Shown in pieces: positions 47,239 to 58,018 of a stretch of 64,000 nt of DNA. The notes below the pieces were generated by a model that was not told the origin of the DNA, ran no database searches, and saw only the letters and a list, made by a program, of their open reading frames with translations. The stretch spans positions 3,168,001 to 3,232,000 of the forward strand of contig OY759746.1 in NCBI GenBank assembly GCA_963662795.1. Direction: 5' to 3'. This DNA is from Spirochaetia bacterium (GTDB lineage Bacteria > Spirochaetota > Spirochaetia > CADAEX01). A program made the translations under genes and the position numbers. Every line of letters starts with the position of its first letter. Position 1 is the first letter of the stretch.

Positions 47239-47294
47239 GCATTTAATCACCTTAGTTTTATTCTGACCTTAACCGGCAGGAGGAGAGCAAAACA

Positions 47295-49007
47295 TTGAAA
47301 GCAGGAAGTTATTTTTTCAAGACATACAAGGAAGTTCCGCGCGAAGCGCAGACGCCAAGCCATATACTCATGCACAGGGCGGGAATGATACAGAAACTCT
47401 CAAGCGGTATATACAGTTATCTTCCGCTTGCCCTGAGGTCGCTTAAAAAAATTGAGACCATAATAAGGGAAGAGCTTGACAGCCGCGGGTGTCAGGAGGT
47501 ACTGATGCCTGCCGTTCAGCCGGGCGAACTCTGGGAAGAAAGCGGACGGTGGAATTACTACGGACCTGAGCTCCTCCGTTTCAAGGACAGAAAAAATGCC
47601 GATTACTGCCTGGGCCCTACCCATGAAGAGGTTATCACCGATATGGTAAGAAGAAACCTCACTTCCTACAAACAGCTGCCTCTTAACCTGTACCAGATCC
47701 AGACCAAATTCCGCGATGAGATCCGGCCCCGTTTCGGCCTCATGAGAGGGCGTGAATTCATAATGAAAGATGCTTATAGTTTTGATGTGAATGAGAATGA
47801 TGCCAAAAAAAGCTATAAAGTTATGTATGATGCGTATAACGCTGTTTTCAAACGGTGCGGCCTTGAATTCCGTGCAGTTGATGCGGCCACCGGCGCTATC
47901 GGCGGTGATATGTCCCACGAGTTTCAGGTATTGGCTGAAACCGGCGAGGATGAAATCCTTTCCTGCAGCCGTTGTTCATATTCCGCCAATGTTGAAAAAG
48001 CGGTCTCAGGCAAGGTTATTGAAAAACCGGTTAAAGACGGCAGCAAAGATGCATCGGAAGTACACACCCCGGGGATGAAAACAGTTGAAGAGGTTGCCTC
48101 TTTTCTTTCACTTGACCCCTCAATGCTGATAAAAACCCTGATCTACCTGGTTGATGATAAACCTGTTGCCGTTCTGGTAAGGGGCAACTGCGAAGCCAAC
48201 GAGTCAAAAATACAGGCGTTTCTGGGAGCCAACTCTGTTGCGCCGGCTGATGAAGAGACAGTCAGGAGAGTAACAGGCGCGGATGTCGGGTTTGCAGGTC
48301 CCCGTGGACTGAAAGAAGGGATTGAAATACTAATTGATAAACAGATTTATGGTGATACCGGCTATGCATGCGGCGCGAATAAAACAGACTATCATCTTAC
48401 CGGCATCGATCCGGAAAGAGATATTGCAGCTGATAAAACCGGGGATTTTACTTTCGCGCTTGAAGGAGACCCCTGTCCGCACTGCGGCGGGACACTGAAA
48501 AAATTCAGGGGCATTGAAGTAGGACAGGTTTTTTACCTTGGCACAAAATACTCTTCTCCGATGAAATGTGTTTTTATTGATAATGAGGGAAAAGAGCAGA
48601 CTGCTGTCATGGGCTGCTACGGCATAGGGGTAAGCAGGACAATGGCCGCCGCGATAGAGCAGAACCATGATGATATGGGAATAATATGGCCTGCTGCCAT
48701 AGCCCCTTTTGAAGTGACAGTAATTCCTGTCCAGGGCGGAAACGATCTTGTTGAAAATACAGCTGAAAATATCTACAACGAACTGAGAAAAAGCGGTGTT
48801 GATGTAATTCTTGATGACAGGAACCTGAGGGCCGGAGTCAAGTTCAACGACGCTGACCTTGTAGGTTATCCTGTCCAGATTATCTGCGGAAGCCGTCTGG
48901 TTGAACAGGGGATGATGGAGATAAAGGTGAGAAAAACAGGTGAGAAGAGCGAAGTCAAAATAGAAGAGGCAGCTGCTGTTATAAAAGAGATGCTTTTAAC
49001 CCTGTAA
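47295..49007 (+). CDS. proS: Proline--tRNA ligase (bacterial type with INS editing domain)
   Basis: LGPTHEE, KFRDEIRPRFGLMRGREF, GIEVGQVF.LG.KYS, MGCYGIG; TTG start with GGAGGAG SD. Confidence 0.97.
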   Translation: MKAGSYFFKTYKEVPREAQTPSHILMHRAGMIQKLSSGIYSYLPLALRSLKKIETIIREELDSRGCQEVLMPAVQPGELWEESGRWNYYGPELLRFKDRKNADYCLGPTHEEVITDMVRRNLTSYKQLPLNLYQIQTKFRDEIRPRFGLMRGREFIMKDAYSFDVNENDAKKSYKVMYDAYNAVFKRCGLEFRAVDAATGAIGGDMSHEFQVLAETGEDEILSCSRCSYSANVEKAVSGKVIEKPVKDGSKDASEVHTPGMKTVEEVASFLSLDPSMLIKTLIYLVDDKPVAVLVRGNCEANESKIQAFLGANSVAPADEETVRRVTGADVGFAGPRGLKEGIEILIDKQIYGDTGYACGANKTDYHLTGIDPERDIAADKTGDFTFALEGDPCPHCGGTLKKFRGIEVGQVFYLGTKYSSPMKCVFIDNEGKEQTAVMGCYGIGVSRTMAAAIEQNHDDMGIIWPAAIAPFEVTVIPVQGGNDLVENTAENIYNELRKSGVDVILDDRNLRAGVKFNDADLVGYPVQIICGSRLVEQGMMEIKVRKTGEKSEVKIEEAAAVIKEMLLTL

Positions 49008-49038
49008 ATAAATGTAAGGCCGGTTCTCCATAGTGCAG

Positions 49039-49066
49039 GGGCGGGCAGTTTCAAGGGTTCCCGCCC
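49039..49066. terminator. GC-rich hairpin between convergent proS and LEA genes
   Basis: GGGCGGG...CCCGCCC. Confidence 0.4.
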
Positions 49067-49079
49067 ATTACAGGCAATT

Positions 49080-49931
49080 TTATTTTGATACGGCAGTACT
49101 CTTTTCTATTCTGAACGGAACATCTGCTGAACCGAAACCCGGATAGGCAGTTCTCAGCGATACATTCCCGTCAAGTACAAGATCAAGCCCTTTTCCCTTA
49201 AATATAAACTCAAACAGTTCTTTTCCTACTTTGGAAGGATTTATTTCGACCGGTATTTTGACAGTAGTGCTTTTACCGGGCGCCATTTCTTCGATATTCT
49301 TGATTATTCCTTTCATCCACTGCGATTTGTTGACCGTAAAATCAAAGTTGAAACTGTCAGGTGAAATAGCGAAACTGTTTTTATTTACAATATTGACGGA
49401 TAATTCAAGAAGCGCTGAAAAGGGTGTAATACTTAATGCCTTAAAACTCTCAAAAGTAACTTCCGGCATCTTTAAAACAGGAAAAGTCCCTTCGTGCTTT
49501 ACAGGAAAAGCCTTGCTGCCGAAAACAGGAAGGTCAACAGTGAACTCACTCTCAATCCTGTATGCAGCGTTGTTTTTTGAAGCCAGGTCCTTAAATACAT
49601 TAAAAAGTTCTTTATATTCAACTGAAACCGGTATTTCGACAAAGCTGCTGTCTTCTTTTTTAATGGATAAAGGAGATGGGGAAACACCTGATATGAATTT
49701 ATTGTTTTCAACAAATAAATCATATTTGAAAGAGGCAAGGTCAAGAGATACCGCGTTGGGGTTATCTATTTTATATTTAAAAATAAATTCCATGGTATTG
49801 AAGCTTATTCCTGATATCTTTACGCTGTCAAATGATACCTCAGGTTCCTTGAATATTGTTTTAAACGACGCGCAGGAAGTTGAAATCATCAGCAGTGTAA
49901 AAACCGTAAAAATAATAATATTCTTTTTCAT
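49080..49931 (-). CDS. LEA type 2 (WHy) tandem-domain lipoprotein
   Basis: Lipobox STSC; two repeats with NPN/NKN motif followed by YDL/FDF and IPV. Confidence 0.8.
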   Translation of the reverse strand: MKKNIIIFTVFTLLMISTSCASFKTIFKEPEVSFDSVKISGISFNTMEFIFKYKIDNPNAVSLDLASFKYDLFVENNKFISGVSPSPLSIKKEDSSFVEIPVSVEYKELFNVFKDLASKNNAAYRIESEFTVDLPVFGSKAFPVKHEGTFPVLKMPEVTFESFKALSITPFSALLELSVNIVNKNSFAISPDSFNFDFTVNKSQWMKGIIKNIEEMAPGKSTTVKIPVEINPSKVGKELFEFIFKGKGLDLVLDGNVSLRTAYPGFGSADVPFRIEKSTAVSK

Positions 49932-50070
49932 ATCAGTCCTCTTTATTGAAGATTATAATCCATGATACTATTAATCGTCACCACTTAAACTGCGAAATAT
50001 TGATATTCGTAAAATTAAAAAGTATATTAAGATAAATAAATATAATAAATTAAATATATTGAGGAGTGTT

Positions 50071-52539
50071 ATGCGATATATAATGATCGGCGGAGTCGCT
50101 GGCGGAGCTGCCGCTGCGGCGAGGTTAAGAAGAAATGATGAAAAAGCGGATGTTGTAATCTATGAGCGGGGAGAGTATATATCCTATGCCAACTGCGGCC
50201 TTCCATATTACCTTGGAGAGGTAATTAAAGAGAGGGAAAGCCTTTTTGTTGAAAGTCCGGAGAGTTTCAGGGAAAACCTGAATATAGATGTAAATATTTT
50301 ACATGAAGTTATATCAATAGACAGGTTAAATCACACAATAAAGATAAAAGATCTTAAAACAGGGAAACTGAAAGAAGACAGATATGACAAGCTTGTCCTT
50401 TCCCCTGGGGCAGAACCTTTTATTCCGCCTGTCCCCGGAGCGGATAATGAGAACATTTTTTCAGTACGCGGTGTTCCTGATATAGACAGAATAAAAAAAT
50501 TCACAGATGAAAGTAAACCCTCATCAGCCGTTATTGTCGGGGGAGGTTTTATCGGTATAGAGATTGCTGAAAACCTTGCCGAAAGAGGGGTAAAGACTTC
50601 AATCGTAGAGCTTTTGGGACAGGTAATGACAACAGTTGATTTTGAAATGGCCTCCATAGTTCATGAACACCTTAAATTAAAAGGAATAGGCCTTTTCCTG
50701 AATGAAGGGATAAAAAAGATAGAGAAAAATGACAAAGGGATGACTGCCTTCCTTAACTGCGGCACTAAAATTGATACAGACATGATAATATTTTCCGCCG
50801 GTATAAAGCCTGAGATATCTCTTGCTGTTGACGCAGGACTTGTTACCGGAAGGGGAATACGTGTCAATGAATATATGCAGACGACAGACCCTGACATTTA
50901 CGCGGTAGGGGACGCTGTTGAGACAGTTTCCCCTGTTACCGGCAAATATGTTGTGGTCCCGCTTGCGGGCCCCGCCGGGAAGCAGGCGAGAATTGCCGCA
51001 GATAATATTGCGTATAACTCCGGCAAAAAATACAAAGGGGCGATTGGTACAGCTGTGGCGAAGGTTTTTGATCTTACTGTCGCCTCAACAGGATATTCCG
51101 AGAAGGCCCTTAAGAGGGACAATATAGAGTATAAAACTGTTATTACCCACGGTTTCTCCCATGCGGGATACTACCCTGGAGCCATGCCTCTTACTCTGAA
51201 GTTGATATTTTCTCCCCAGGGAAAGCTCTACGGCGGACAAGTTATAGGCTATGACGGGGCGGATAAGCGGATAGAGATGATAGCATCTGTTCTCAGATTC
51301 GGAGGATCGGTAAACGAACTTACAGAACTTGAACAGGCTTATGCACCTCCCTATTCTTCCAGCAAGGACCCTGTAAACATTCTGGGTTTTACCGCGGAAA
51401 ACCTTCTTATGGGAAGGTCGGATCATATTACATGGGCTGATCTTAAAGAGAGGATTGACAGCAGAGATGACTCCATCTTTCTTCTTGACGTTCGGACCAA
51501 AGATGAGACAGAACTCCACAGGATGGAAGGCGCCCTTAATATTCCGAAAGAGGAAGTCAGGTCAAGATTAAATGAAATCCCCAAAGATAAAAAAATTATA
51601 GTCCTCTGCATGGTGGGACTGCGTTCCTATCTTGTAGAGAGGGTGTTAAAGCAGAACGGATATGATGCGGCAATACTTTCCGGAGGACTTAAAATATATT
51701 TTTCTGCCTCTGCAGAACAGGATAACAGGGCAGAAACCTTAAAAGCATGCCCGATAGACGGAGATATGAAAATGGAAGTGAATAATATACTGCATAATAT
51801 AAAAACTGTTGAACTTGACGCCTGCGGACTTCAGTGCCCCGGGCCGATAATGAAACTTAAAAAAGAGATTGATAAACTCGCGGCCGGAGAGCGGATTATT
51901 GAAAAAGCTTCTGATCCCGGATTTGAGAAAGACATAAAATCATGGTGCAACATGACAGGCAACACTCTTGTCAGCACAGTATCTGAAAAAGGAATTATTA
52001 CAGCTGTTGTTGAAAAGGGTGCCGGCACAGTACCTGCCGGAAATGAGGGTTTCATAGTCAATTCAGGGGCAAAGGATGTCACTCTTATCAGTTTCTCTGA
52101 TGATATGGATAAAGCGCTTGCCTCTCTGGTAATTGCAAACGGAGCACTTTCTGCCGGTAAAAAGGTAACTATTTTCTACACATTCTGGGGCCTCAATATA
52201 ATAAAGAAAGTGAAAAAACCGTCTGTCAAAAAAGGGATTATGGGCAGAATGTTTTCTATTATGCTCCCCTCAAACAATGCAAAACTTAAACTCTCCAAGA
52301 TGAACATGGGCGGCATGGGTTCAGCCATGATGAGGATGATTATGAAAAGCCAGAAAATCGACACCTTGAATACCATGCTTGAAAACGCTGTAAGCAGCGG
52401 CATCAGGATTATCGCCTGCCAGATGTCAATGGATGTAATGGGGGTAAAGAGGGAAGAGCTGATTGACGCGGCTGAGATCGGAGGGGTTGCCAACTATCTC
52501 GAAAGCGCATCCGATGCGAGAATAAACCTTTTTATATAA
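50071..52539 (+). CDS. CoA-disulfide reductase - rhodanese - TusA - DsrE/DrsH fusion
   Basis: GGVAGG, SYANCGLPY, GGGFIG, YAPPYS, DVR...C..GLRS rhodanese, DACGLQCPGP (TusA), FYTFWGL and ACQMSMD (DsrE-like); SD GAGGAG. Confidence 0.9.
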   Translation: MRYIMIGGVAGGAAAAARLRRNDEKADVVIYERGEYISYANCGLPYYLGEVIKERESLFVESPESFRENLNIDVNILHEVISIDRLNHTIKIKDLKTGKLKEDRYDKLVLSPGAEPFIPPVPGADNENIFSVRGVPDIDRIKKFTDESKPSSAVIVGGGFIGIEIAENLAERGVKTSIVELLGQVMTTVDFEMASIVHEHLKLKGIGLFLNEGIKKIEKNDKGMTAFLNCGTKIDTDMIIFSAGIKPEISLAVDAGLVTGRGIRVNEYMQTTDPDIYAVGDAVETVSPVTGKYVVVPLAGPAGKQARIAADNIAYNSGKKYKGAIGTAVAKVFDLTVASTGYSEKALKRDNIEYKTVITHGFSHAGYYPGAMPLTLKLIFSPQGKLYGGQVIGYDGADKRIEMIASVLRFGGSVNELTELEQAYAPPYSSSKDPVNILGFTAENLLMGRSDHITWADLKERIDSRDDSIFLLDVRTKDETELHRMEGALNIPKEEVRSRLNEIPKDKKIIVLCMVGLRSYLVERVLKQNGYDAAILSGGLKIYFSASAEQDNRAETLKACPIDGDMKMEVNNILHNIKTVELDACGLQCPGPIMKLKKEIDKLAAGERIIEKASDPGFEKDIKSWCNMTGNTLVSTVSEKGIITAVVEKGAGTVPAGNEGFIVNSGAKDVTLISFSDDMDKALASLVIANGALSAGKKVTIFYTFWGLNIIKKVKKPSVKKGIMGRMFSIMLPSNNAKLKLSKMNMGGMGSAMMRMIMKSQKIDTLNTMLENAVSSGIRIIACQMSMDVMGVKREELIDAAEIGGVANYLESASDARINLFI

Positions 52540-53511
52540 GTGAGGAACTTAATGGCCGGGGAAATTAAAAACATCAGGGTACTGATCCTGAAAAAATATG
52601 ATGAACATATTTTCAGAATTATAAGGGACTGTTTCCCCCCGGACTGGAGTGTTACAGCGTCTCCTCCCGGAGATGAATTACAGGAGAGGGAAATTCTCTC
52701 CTGCGATGTGCTTATCCCTGAACACACCAATGTTACGGTTCAGATGATAGAGACTGCGGGAAGGCTTAAAGTTATACAGTCAGGCGCCGGGTATGACAGC
52801 ATCGACCTTGATGCGGCGCGGAAAAAAGGAATAATTGCGGCCAACGCTCCAGGTGTTAACTCAAATGCGGTGGCCGAGCATGTTTTCGCTTTTCTTCTTG
52901 CCTGGTATAAACAGACAGGACCGCTTGATACTGCCGTTAAGAACGGAAAATGGCCGAGGGAAAAAACGGGAAGGGCTCTTGAAAACCTTACCATAGGTAT
53001 TGCCGGCTTCGGCATGATCGGAAGACGGGTGGCAGAGATTGCTTCAGTTTTCGGTATGAGAATTCTTGTTTTTTCAAGAAGCCCTGTTGATGTAACTGAC
53101 GGAAAGAACATATTTACGGCAGACAAGGAGACGCTGATAAGCGAATCCGACGTAATCACGCTTCATCTTGCCTCAACAGGTGAAACTCAGGGCTTTATAG
53201 GAAAAAATGAACTTGCCATGATGAAAAAAGAGGCATTTTTAATCAACACTGCAAGGGGAAATCTTATAGATGAGGAAGCTCTTATAGACGCGCTTGAAAA
53301 GAGGATGATAGGCGGGGCAGCCCTTGATGTATTTAAAACAGAACCGCTTCCCCCCGGCAGCAGGCTTAGGAATCTTGACAACGTTCTTTTATCGCCCCAT
53401 ACGGCAGGTGAACCTGATTATATAGCTTCCTACAGGAAACGGTTTACATATTTTTATGAGAACATAAAAAAGATACTTAATGGAGACAGTGACGCGGTAA
53501 TTCTGAAATAG
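52540..53511 (+). CDS. D-isomer-specific 2-hydroxyacid dehydrogenase
   Basis: GAGYDSID, NAPG.N..AVAEH, GFGMIG, INTARG, LDVF..EP, SPHTAG. Confidence 0.92.
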   Translation: MRNLMAGEIKNIRVLILKKYDEHIFRIIRDCFPPDWSVTASPPGDELQEREILSCDVLIPEHTNVTVQMIETAGRLKVIQSGAGYDSIDLDAARKKGIIAANAPGVNSNAVAEHVFAFLLAWYKQTGPLDTAVKNGKWPREKTGRALENLTIGIAGFGMIGRRVAEIASVFGMRILVFSRSPVDVTDGKNIFTADKETLISESDVITLHLASTGETQGFIGKNELAMMKKEAFLINTARGNLIDEEALIDALEKRMIGGAALDVFKTEPLPPGSRLRNLDNVLLSPHTAGEPDYIASYRKRFTYFYENIKKILNGDSDAVILK

Positions 53512-53532
53512 TGCGCGGCTTTTTTTATTGCG

Positions 53533-54678
53533 TTATGCATCCTGTTTTTCAACAAGATAGAGAAACTCTTTTACATGTATTTCCCTGTTTTTTAGGTTTC
53601 TGCTGCCGCGGAAAGTATTGTATTTTGTCTCAAGCACAGTGACTTTTCCGATTTTTTCAAGCAGGTCTACCATCGCATCAAGCGGAATAAACCCTTCGGA
53701 GTTGAAAGAAACAAGAAGAAATTTTGCCTTAAGCTTTGACGCAAGCTCTTTAAAAGCGTTATAGGACTCAATCCTGTTGTTGTATGATGATCTGTTCCAG
53801 TTTTCAGGAATTCCCGAGACCCTGCTTGTTTTGTCTGGCAACCTATAATCGGTAATCAGGTTTAGCATGAAGTAATTTGACCCGTATGGATGCTGATTGT
53901 AGGGAGGGTCAAGGTATGCGATATCCACCTCTGGCGCTTTGTCTGCAATCACGGCGGCATCTCCCCTTAAAATCAAAGTCCTGCAACTGAAATTGCTGAA
54001 AACCGGAAACTGCAGATTAATGTCCCCTGTTATTCTTGAAAGGGCATCTCCGTTGGTTCCTCCGAACCGTCCGATACCTGATTTTCTGCATTTATAATAT
54101 CCTTTGAAAACACCTGCCGTATTTGCATGGATTGAAGCCTCGGAGAGGAGGGGCGCAAGAAAATAAGGCCTGTATTTTTCATCAATTGTGTCAATCAGAG
54201 CGCGGGCTGTATCAATATATTTTGCGTTTCTGACTGTATAAAAAACCCGCTCTCCTTTTTGAATGTTCCAGCTGTCCCGGGGTGCGTAATGCTCTCTGAT
54301 AATACCGGATTTAAGCGGGCTGGATGCAAGTTCAGAGATGAGATAATTAAACAGCTTTTCAAGATATTTTAAATCTGTTTCATCTGCGTCTGAAAGATAG
54401 CATCTGTTTATGACTTCTGAGTATTTTTCAAGATCGTTTACAACAAGCAGTCGTGAATGTTTTTTGAAATAACGCGAAACAATACCAGAACCTGAAAACA
54501 GATCAAAAATTGAAAGTTTTTCACTGTTGAGTCTTTCCTTTACACGGGACAATCCGTTTCCTATAAAAGCAAGAAGTGCCCTCTTGTTTCCCAGATAGGT
54601 AATAAGCTGTTCCGTCAGATATGAGGGATTTTCCCTTTCTGTTTCTTCGGTCATTAAACTGTCCGCCCTGGTGCTCAT
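53533..54678 (-). CDS. N6-adenine DNA methyltransferase (D12/alpha class), no adjacent endonuclease
   Basis: YLGNK, DLFSGSG (motif I), VNDLE, YLDPPY (motif IV), SFNSEG. Confidence 0.88.
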   Translation of the reverse strand: MSTRADSLMTEETERENPSYLTEQLITYLGNKRALLAFIGNGLSRVKERLNSEKLSIFDLFSGSGIVSRYFKKHSRLLVVNDLEKYSEVINRCYLSDADETDLKYLEKLFNYLISELASSPLKSGIIREHYAPRDSWNIQKGERVFYTVRNAKYIDTARALIDTIDEKYRPYFLAPLLSEASIHANTAGVFKGYYKCRKSGIGRFGGTNGDALSRITGDINLQFPVFSNFSCRTLILRGDAAVIADKAPEVDIAYLDPPYNQHPYGSNYFMLNLITDYRLPDKTSRVSGIPENWNRSSYNNRIESYNAFKELASKLKAKFLLVSFNSEGFIPLDAMVDLLEKIGKVTVLETKYNTFRGSRNLKNREIHVKEFLYLVEKQDA

Positions 54679-54716
54679 AATTAAATATTAGCATAAAAAA
54701 ATTTAAATCAGTATAA

Positions 54717-55910
54717 CTATTGCTGCTTTTTAAAATAAGATGATATAGCCCCTGCTAGTGCAAAATAATCTTCCCTTTTGGAGTAAATACCTGTTGAAAT
54801 TCTTATCGATTTTTCTGCCCGCCCGGCATCCCTTCCCATGCTGGTCAGTATAGCTGAGGGCCCGTTGATGTCCTCTGTGCAGGCGCTGAAGCGGCTTACG
54901 CATATCCTTTTTTCCGCCATGTAGTCAAGAAAACTTTCCATATCATCTATTTCGGGGATGCTGATGCAGAGTACTCCGGGAACCTTCCTCGATGGTGATT
55001 CAACATTTATTTCAAAAGAGAGTTTTAAAAGAATTCCAAGCCCCTCTGAGGTGAGGATTTCAAGCCTCTCCAGATCTTTTTTTAAATTAGCGCTGTGGTA
55101 TTCAAGAGCTTTTGCCAGTGCCGCGGCAGAGTGGGTGTTTTCAGTGCCCGGGAAAAGAGAACCTTCCTGGCTGCCCCCGTACCTGAAGCTGCCCAGTTTA
55201 AAATCATCCGGTACTGAAAGGATTCCGCACCCCTTGGGAGCATAGAGTTTGTGGCTGCTTAAGGCAAACATTTCGCAGTAATTCCTCCACTCCTCGACCG
55301 GCATCCTTGCCGCTGACTGGACCGCGTCCATAAAGACCATGGCATCATACTGCTTTGCGATATCTGATATTTCTTTTAAAGGCTGAATCCCTCCAGTCTC
55401 ATGATTTACAGGGGAATAAACAATGATATTATTCTTTTTCTGATTTCTCTCCAGAACAGTTTCAAGCTCTGCAGGGGCGATAGCCCCTTCTGAATCAACA
55501 TCAAGTATTTTGTATCTGCCCGCCGGCAGGCTGGTAATATTATTAAGCACTGCTGAATGTTCAATTGCTGTTGTGATAAAAAAGGATTTCTTATCCGCGC
55601 GGTAAAGCCCATTGATACCTGCAAAAAGCGCTTCCGTGCCGGATGAGCAGAAATGGATTTCTTCAGGCATTGATTTAAAACAGGAAGCGGCAGTTGTCCT
55701 GCTCCTGTCAAGGTCTTCCCATGCTTTAAGCCCTGCCGTATGATAGCTTGAAGGGTTTCCCCATTTATTTCTGCATGAATCTTCAAATGCCCCGATGCAT
55801 TCAGTCAGTACCGGCGTTGTCGCGTTGTAATCCATGTAGATTAAATCAGCCGGCAGTGAGGTTTTCAGTTTTTCAAGAAGTGCCCTGTTCTTTTCGCAGT
55901 TGCATGCCAT
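54717..55910 (-). CDS. Cysteine desulfurase family (class V PLP enzyme)
   Basis: YMDYNATT, GNPSS, SGTE, IEH.AV, NHETG, DAVQ, SSHK, GTEN, SAC. Confidence 0.85.
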   Translation of the reverse strand: MACNCEKNRALLEKLKTSLPADLIYMDYNATTPVLTECIGAFEDSCRNKWGNPSSYHTAGLKAWEDLDRSRTTAASCFKSMPEEIHFCSSGTEALFAGINGLYRADKKSFFITTAIEHSAVLNNITSLPAGRYKILDVDSEGAIAPAELETVLERNQKKNNIIVYSPVNHETGGIQPLKEISDIAKQYDAMVFMDAVQSAARMPVEEWRNYCEMFALSSHKLYAPKGCGILSVPDDFKLGSFRYGGSQEGSLFPGTENTHSAAALAKALEYHSANLKKDLERLEILTSEGLGILLKLSFEINVESPSRKVPGVLCISIPEIDDMESFLDYMAEKRICVSRFSACTEDINGPSAILTSMGRDAGRAEKSIRISTGIYSKREDYFALAGAISSYFKKQQ

Positions 55911-55986
55911 GATTTTTTATCGTCCTTTAGCGGCGGTTAGTCAATATCCTTACTCTGTATTTTGCCCGACAGGGATAAGACAGAAA

Positions 55987-56760
55987 CTACTCTTTCTCTC
56001 CGTTATGCGCGGATAATCCGGCTATTTTATCAAAAAGTTTTTTGAGCTTTTTCTTTTCCCTGCCGTTGATGTTAGCCCGGGAGAAGATGTCCCTTAGAAA
56101 TACCTTCAGGTCGCTGTTGTCAGTTATTCTGAAAAAGCCCAGTTTCCCAAGGGATGAGGTGATATCTTCCGCAAGAGAGTTCACCTCGCTGAGGGAAGCC
56201 CTTTTTTCAGCCTCTGCAATATTGGGATCGACGTCGCGAATAGGCTCGCCGGCCTGTTTTTCAATATCAGGGAGGCGGGAATATAAAACATAGGCCATAA
56301 TCTGTACAGCGTGGGAAAGGTTTAGTGACGGGAAAAGGGGAGATGAGGGGATTACAGTGCTTATTGTGCACTCTTTAAGCTCATCATCCCTAAGTCCGTG
56401 CTTCTCGTTCCCGAAAACCAGGGCTGCTTTTCCGTATCCTTTTTCAATGATAAAATCCGCTGTCTCTTCAGGTGAGAATGAAGTGTATTTTCTCTTTTTC
56501 CCGATCCTTCTTGTGGCAGCTGATGCGAAACTGATATCAGAGAGGGCTTCTTTGAGCGTCGAAAACTCCTCCCTTTTTTCATAAATTTCAAATGCATGCA
56601 CAGAGATGTAGCTGATTTTATTCTCATCATATGCTTTGGGATTTACAATTCTCAGCCTTGTAAGACCCATGTTTTTCATTGCGCGGCAAATTGAGCCTAT
56701 ATTGGAGCTTTCATCCGGAGATACAAGGATTACATATATTTTGTCGAGTATATTGCCCAT
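55987..56760 (-). CDS. trmJ: TrmJ/LasT family SPOUT RNA methyltransferase
   Basis: NIGSICRAMKNMG, LVFGNEKHGL, SLNLSHAVQI. Confidence 0.85.
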   Translation of the reverse strand: MGNILDKIYVILVSPDESSNIGSICRAMKNMGLTRLRIVNPKAYDENKISYISVHAFEIYEKREEFSTLKEALSDISFASAATRRIGKKRKYTSFSPEETADFIIEKGYGKAALVFGNEKHGLRDDELKECTISTVIPSSPLFPSLNLSHAVQIMAYVLYSRLPDIEKQAGEPIRDVDPNIAEAEKRASLSEVNSLAEDITSSLGKLGFFRITDNSDLKVFLRDIFSRANINGREKKKLKKLFDKIAGLSAHNGEKE

Positions 56761-56845
56761 AATAAAACCATTAAAACAAATATTTTAAAAAAAATATATT
56801 ACTATCAATAGATATAGAGCCATGATTTTGATAATATAAATCACC

Positions 56846-58018
56846 ATGGACAGATTTACACAAAAAATTGAAGATGTTTTTTTCCCTCCTATTGTTAAAT
56901 TCAAGGCAGAGGCCGCAAAAAGACTTGATTACTCCAAGCCTGTTCTGAATCTTAATCAGGCAATCCCGAATTATCAGCCCCCTGTTGTAATAAAAGAGGC
57001 GATAAAGAAAGAGCTTGATAATCCCTCTTTCTGCTTTTATACATTTGACGAGGGGATTCCCCAGCTGAGGGAAGCAGTTTCAGACTCGCTCAACAGTACA
57101 TATGAGACAAAAGTAAAACCCGGCAATATCTGTGTCGTACCCGGAGCCAACAACGGATTTTTCTCCATGCTGCCTGTTATTGCATCAGCAGGTGATGAGA
57201 TTATCATACTGACCCCTTTTTATTTCAATCATTATATGTCCCTGAAAATAGCAGGTATTACTCCGGTTGAGATTGTCCTTGATCCTGAAAACAGTTTCTC
57301 ACTTCCCTATGATAAAATTATCTCCGCGATTACTGAAAAAACAAAAGCTCTTGTTTTTGTAAATCCTTCAAATCCGACAGGAAGGTCCTACAGCCAGGTG
57401 GAAGTGGATACGCTCTATCAGATTTGCAGGAAAAGAAAGGTCTATCTTATAAGTGATGAGGTATACTCCTGTTTTCATGATTCATATCCGGCACCGGCAT
57501 CTGTCCTTAATAATCCGTCATTTCCTGATTATTCAGTCTGTATAAATTCCTATTCAAAGACGTTCAGTATTACGGGACTGCGTGTCGGATTTATAGCAGC
57601 ATCTGAGGATTTTATTCATCACTTTACAAAAGTGCAGGATTCAAATGTTGTATGTGTTTCGACACTGTCGCAGGCGGCAGCCCTCGCAGGGCTTAAATAC
57701 GGTAAAGAGTGGCTTGAAGAGAAAATAATTTTTTCAAGAGAGAAGAAAGATAAATTCCTTAAATACTTCAGGGAGTCAGGGAGCACTTTTTTCTCGATTG
57801 TCTCGTCAGGCTCTTTTTTTGTCTATCTTAATTTTAAAGACCGGAGCATCAAAGCGCCTCAGCTCTGCTACAGTATGATGGAAACGGAAAACCTTGTAAC
57901 GCTGCCGGGTGAATATTTCGGCTCAGAACAGGACTATGCTATCCGTCTTGCACTCGGCAACCTGCATGAGCATGAGATTGCCCCTGCAGTTGAAAAACTT
58001 GTCAGGTTCAGGGGATAG
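56846..58018 (+). CDS. PLP-dependent aminotransferase class I/II
   Basis: G...LREA, NPSNPTG, ISDEVY, SYSKTFSITGLRVG, R-L. Confidence 0.9.
   Translation: MDRFTQKIEDVFFPPIVKFKAEAAKRLDYSKPVLNLNQAIPNYQPPVVIKEAIKKELDNPSFCFYTFDEGIPQLREAVSDSLNSTYETKVKPGNICVVPGANNGFFSMLPVIASAGDEIIILTPFYFNHYMSLKIAGITPVEIVLDPENSFSLPYDKIISAITEKTKALVFVNPSNPTGRSYSQVEVDTLYQICRKRKVYLISDEVYSCFHDSYPAPASVLNNPSFPDYSVCINSYSKTFSITGLRVGFIAASEDFIHHFTKVQDSNVVCVSTLSQAAALAGLKYGKEWLEEKIIFSREKKDKFLKYFRESGSTFFSIVSSGSFFVYLNFKDRSIKAPQLCYSMMETENLVTLPGEYFGSEQDYAIRLALGNLHEHEIAPAVEKLVRFRG

Noticed and set aside
49231-49965. 244-aa plus-strand ORF
   Set aside because: Antisense shadow of the LEA_2 lipoprotein gene; the same applies to the other antisense ORFs (e.g. 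729-1547, 2173-2832, 18808-19362)
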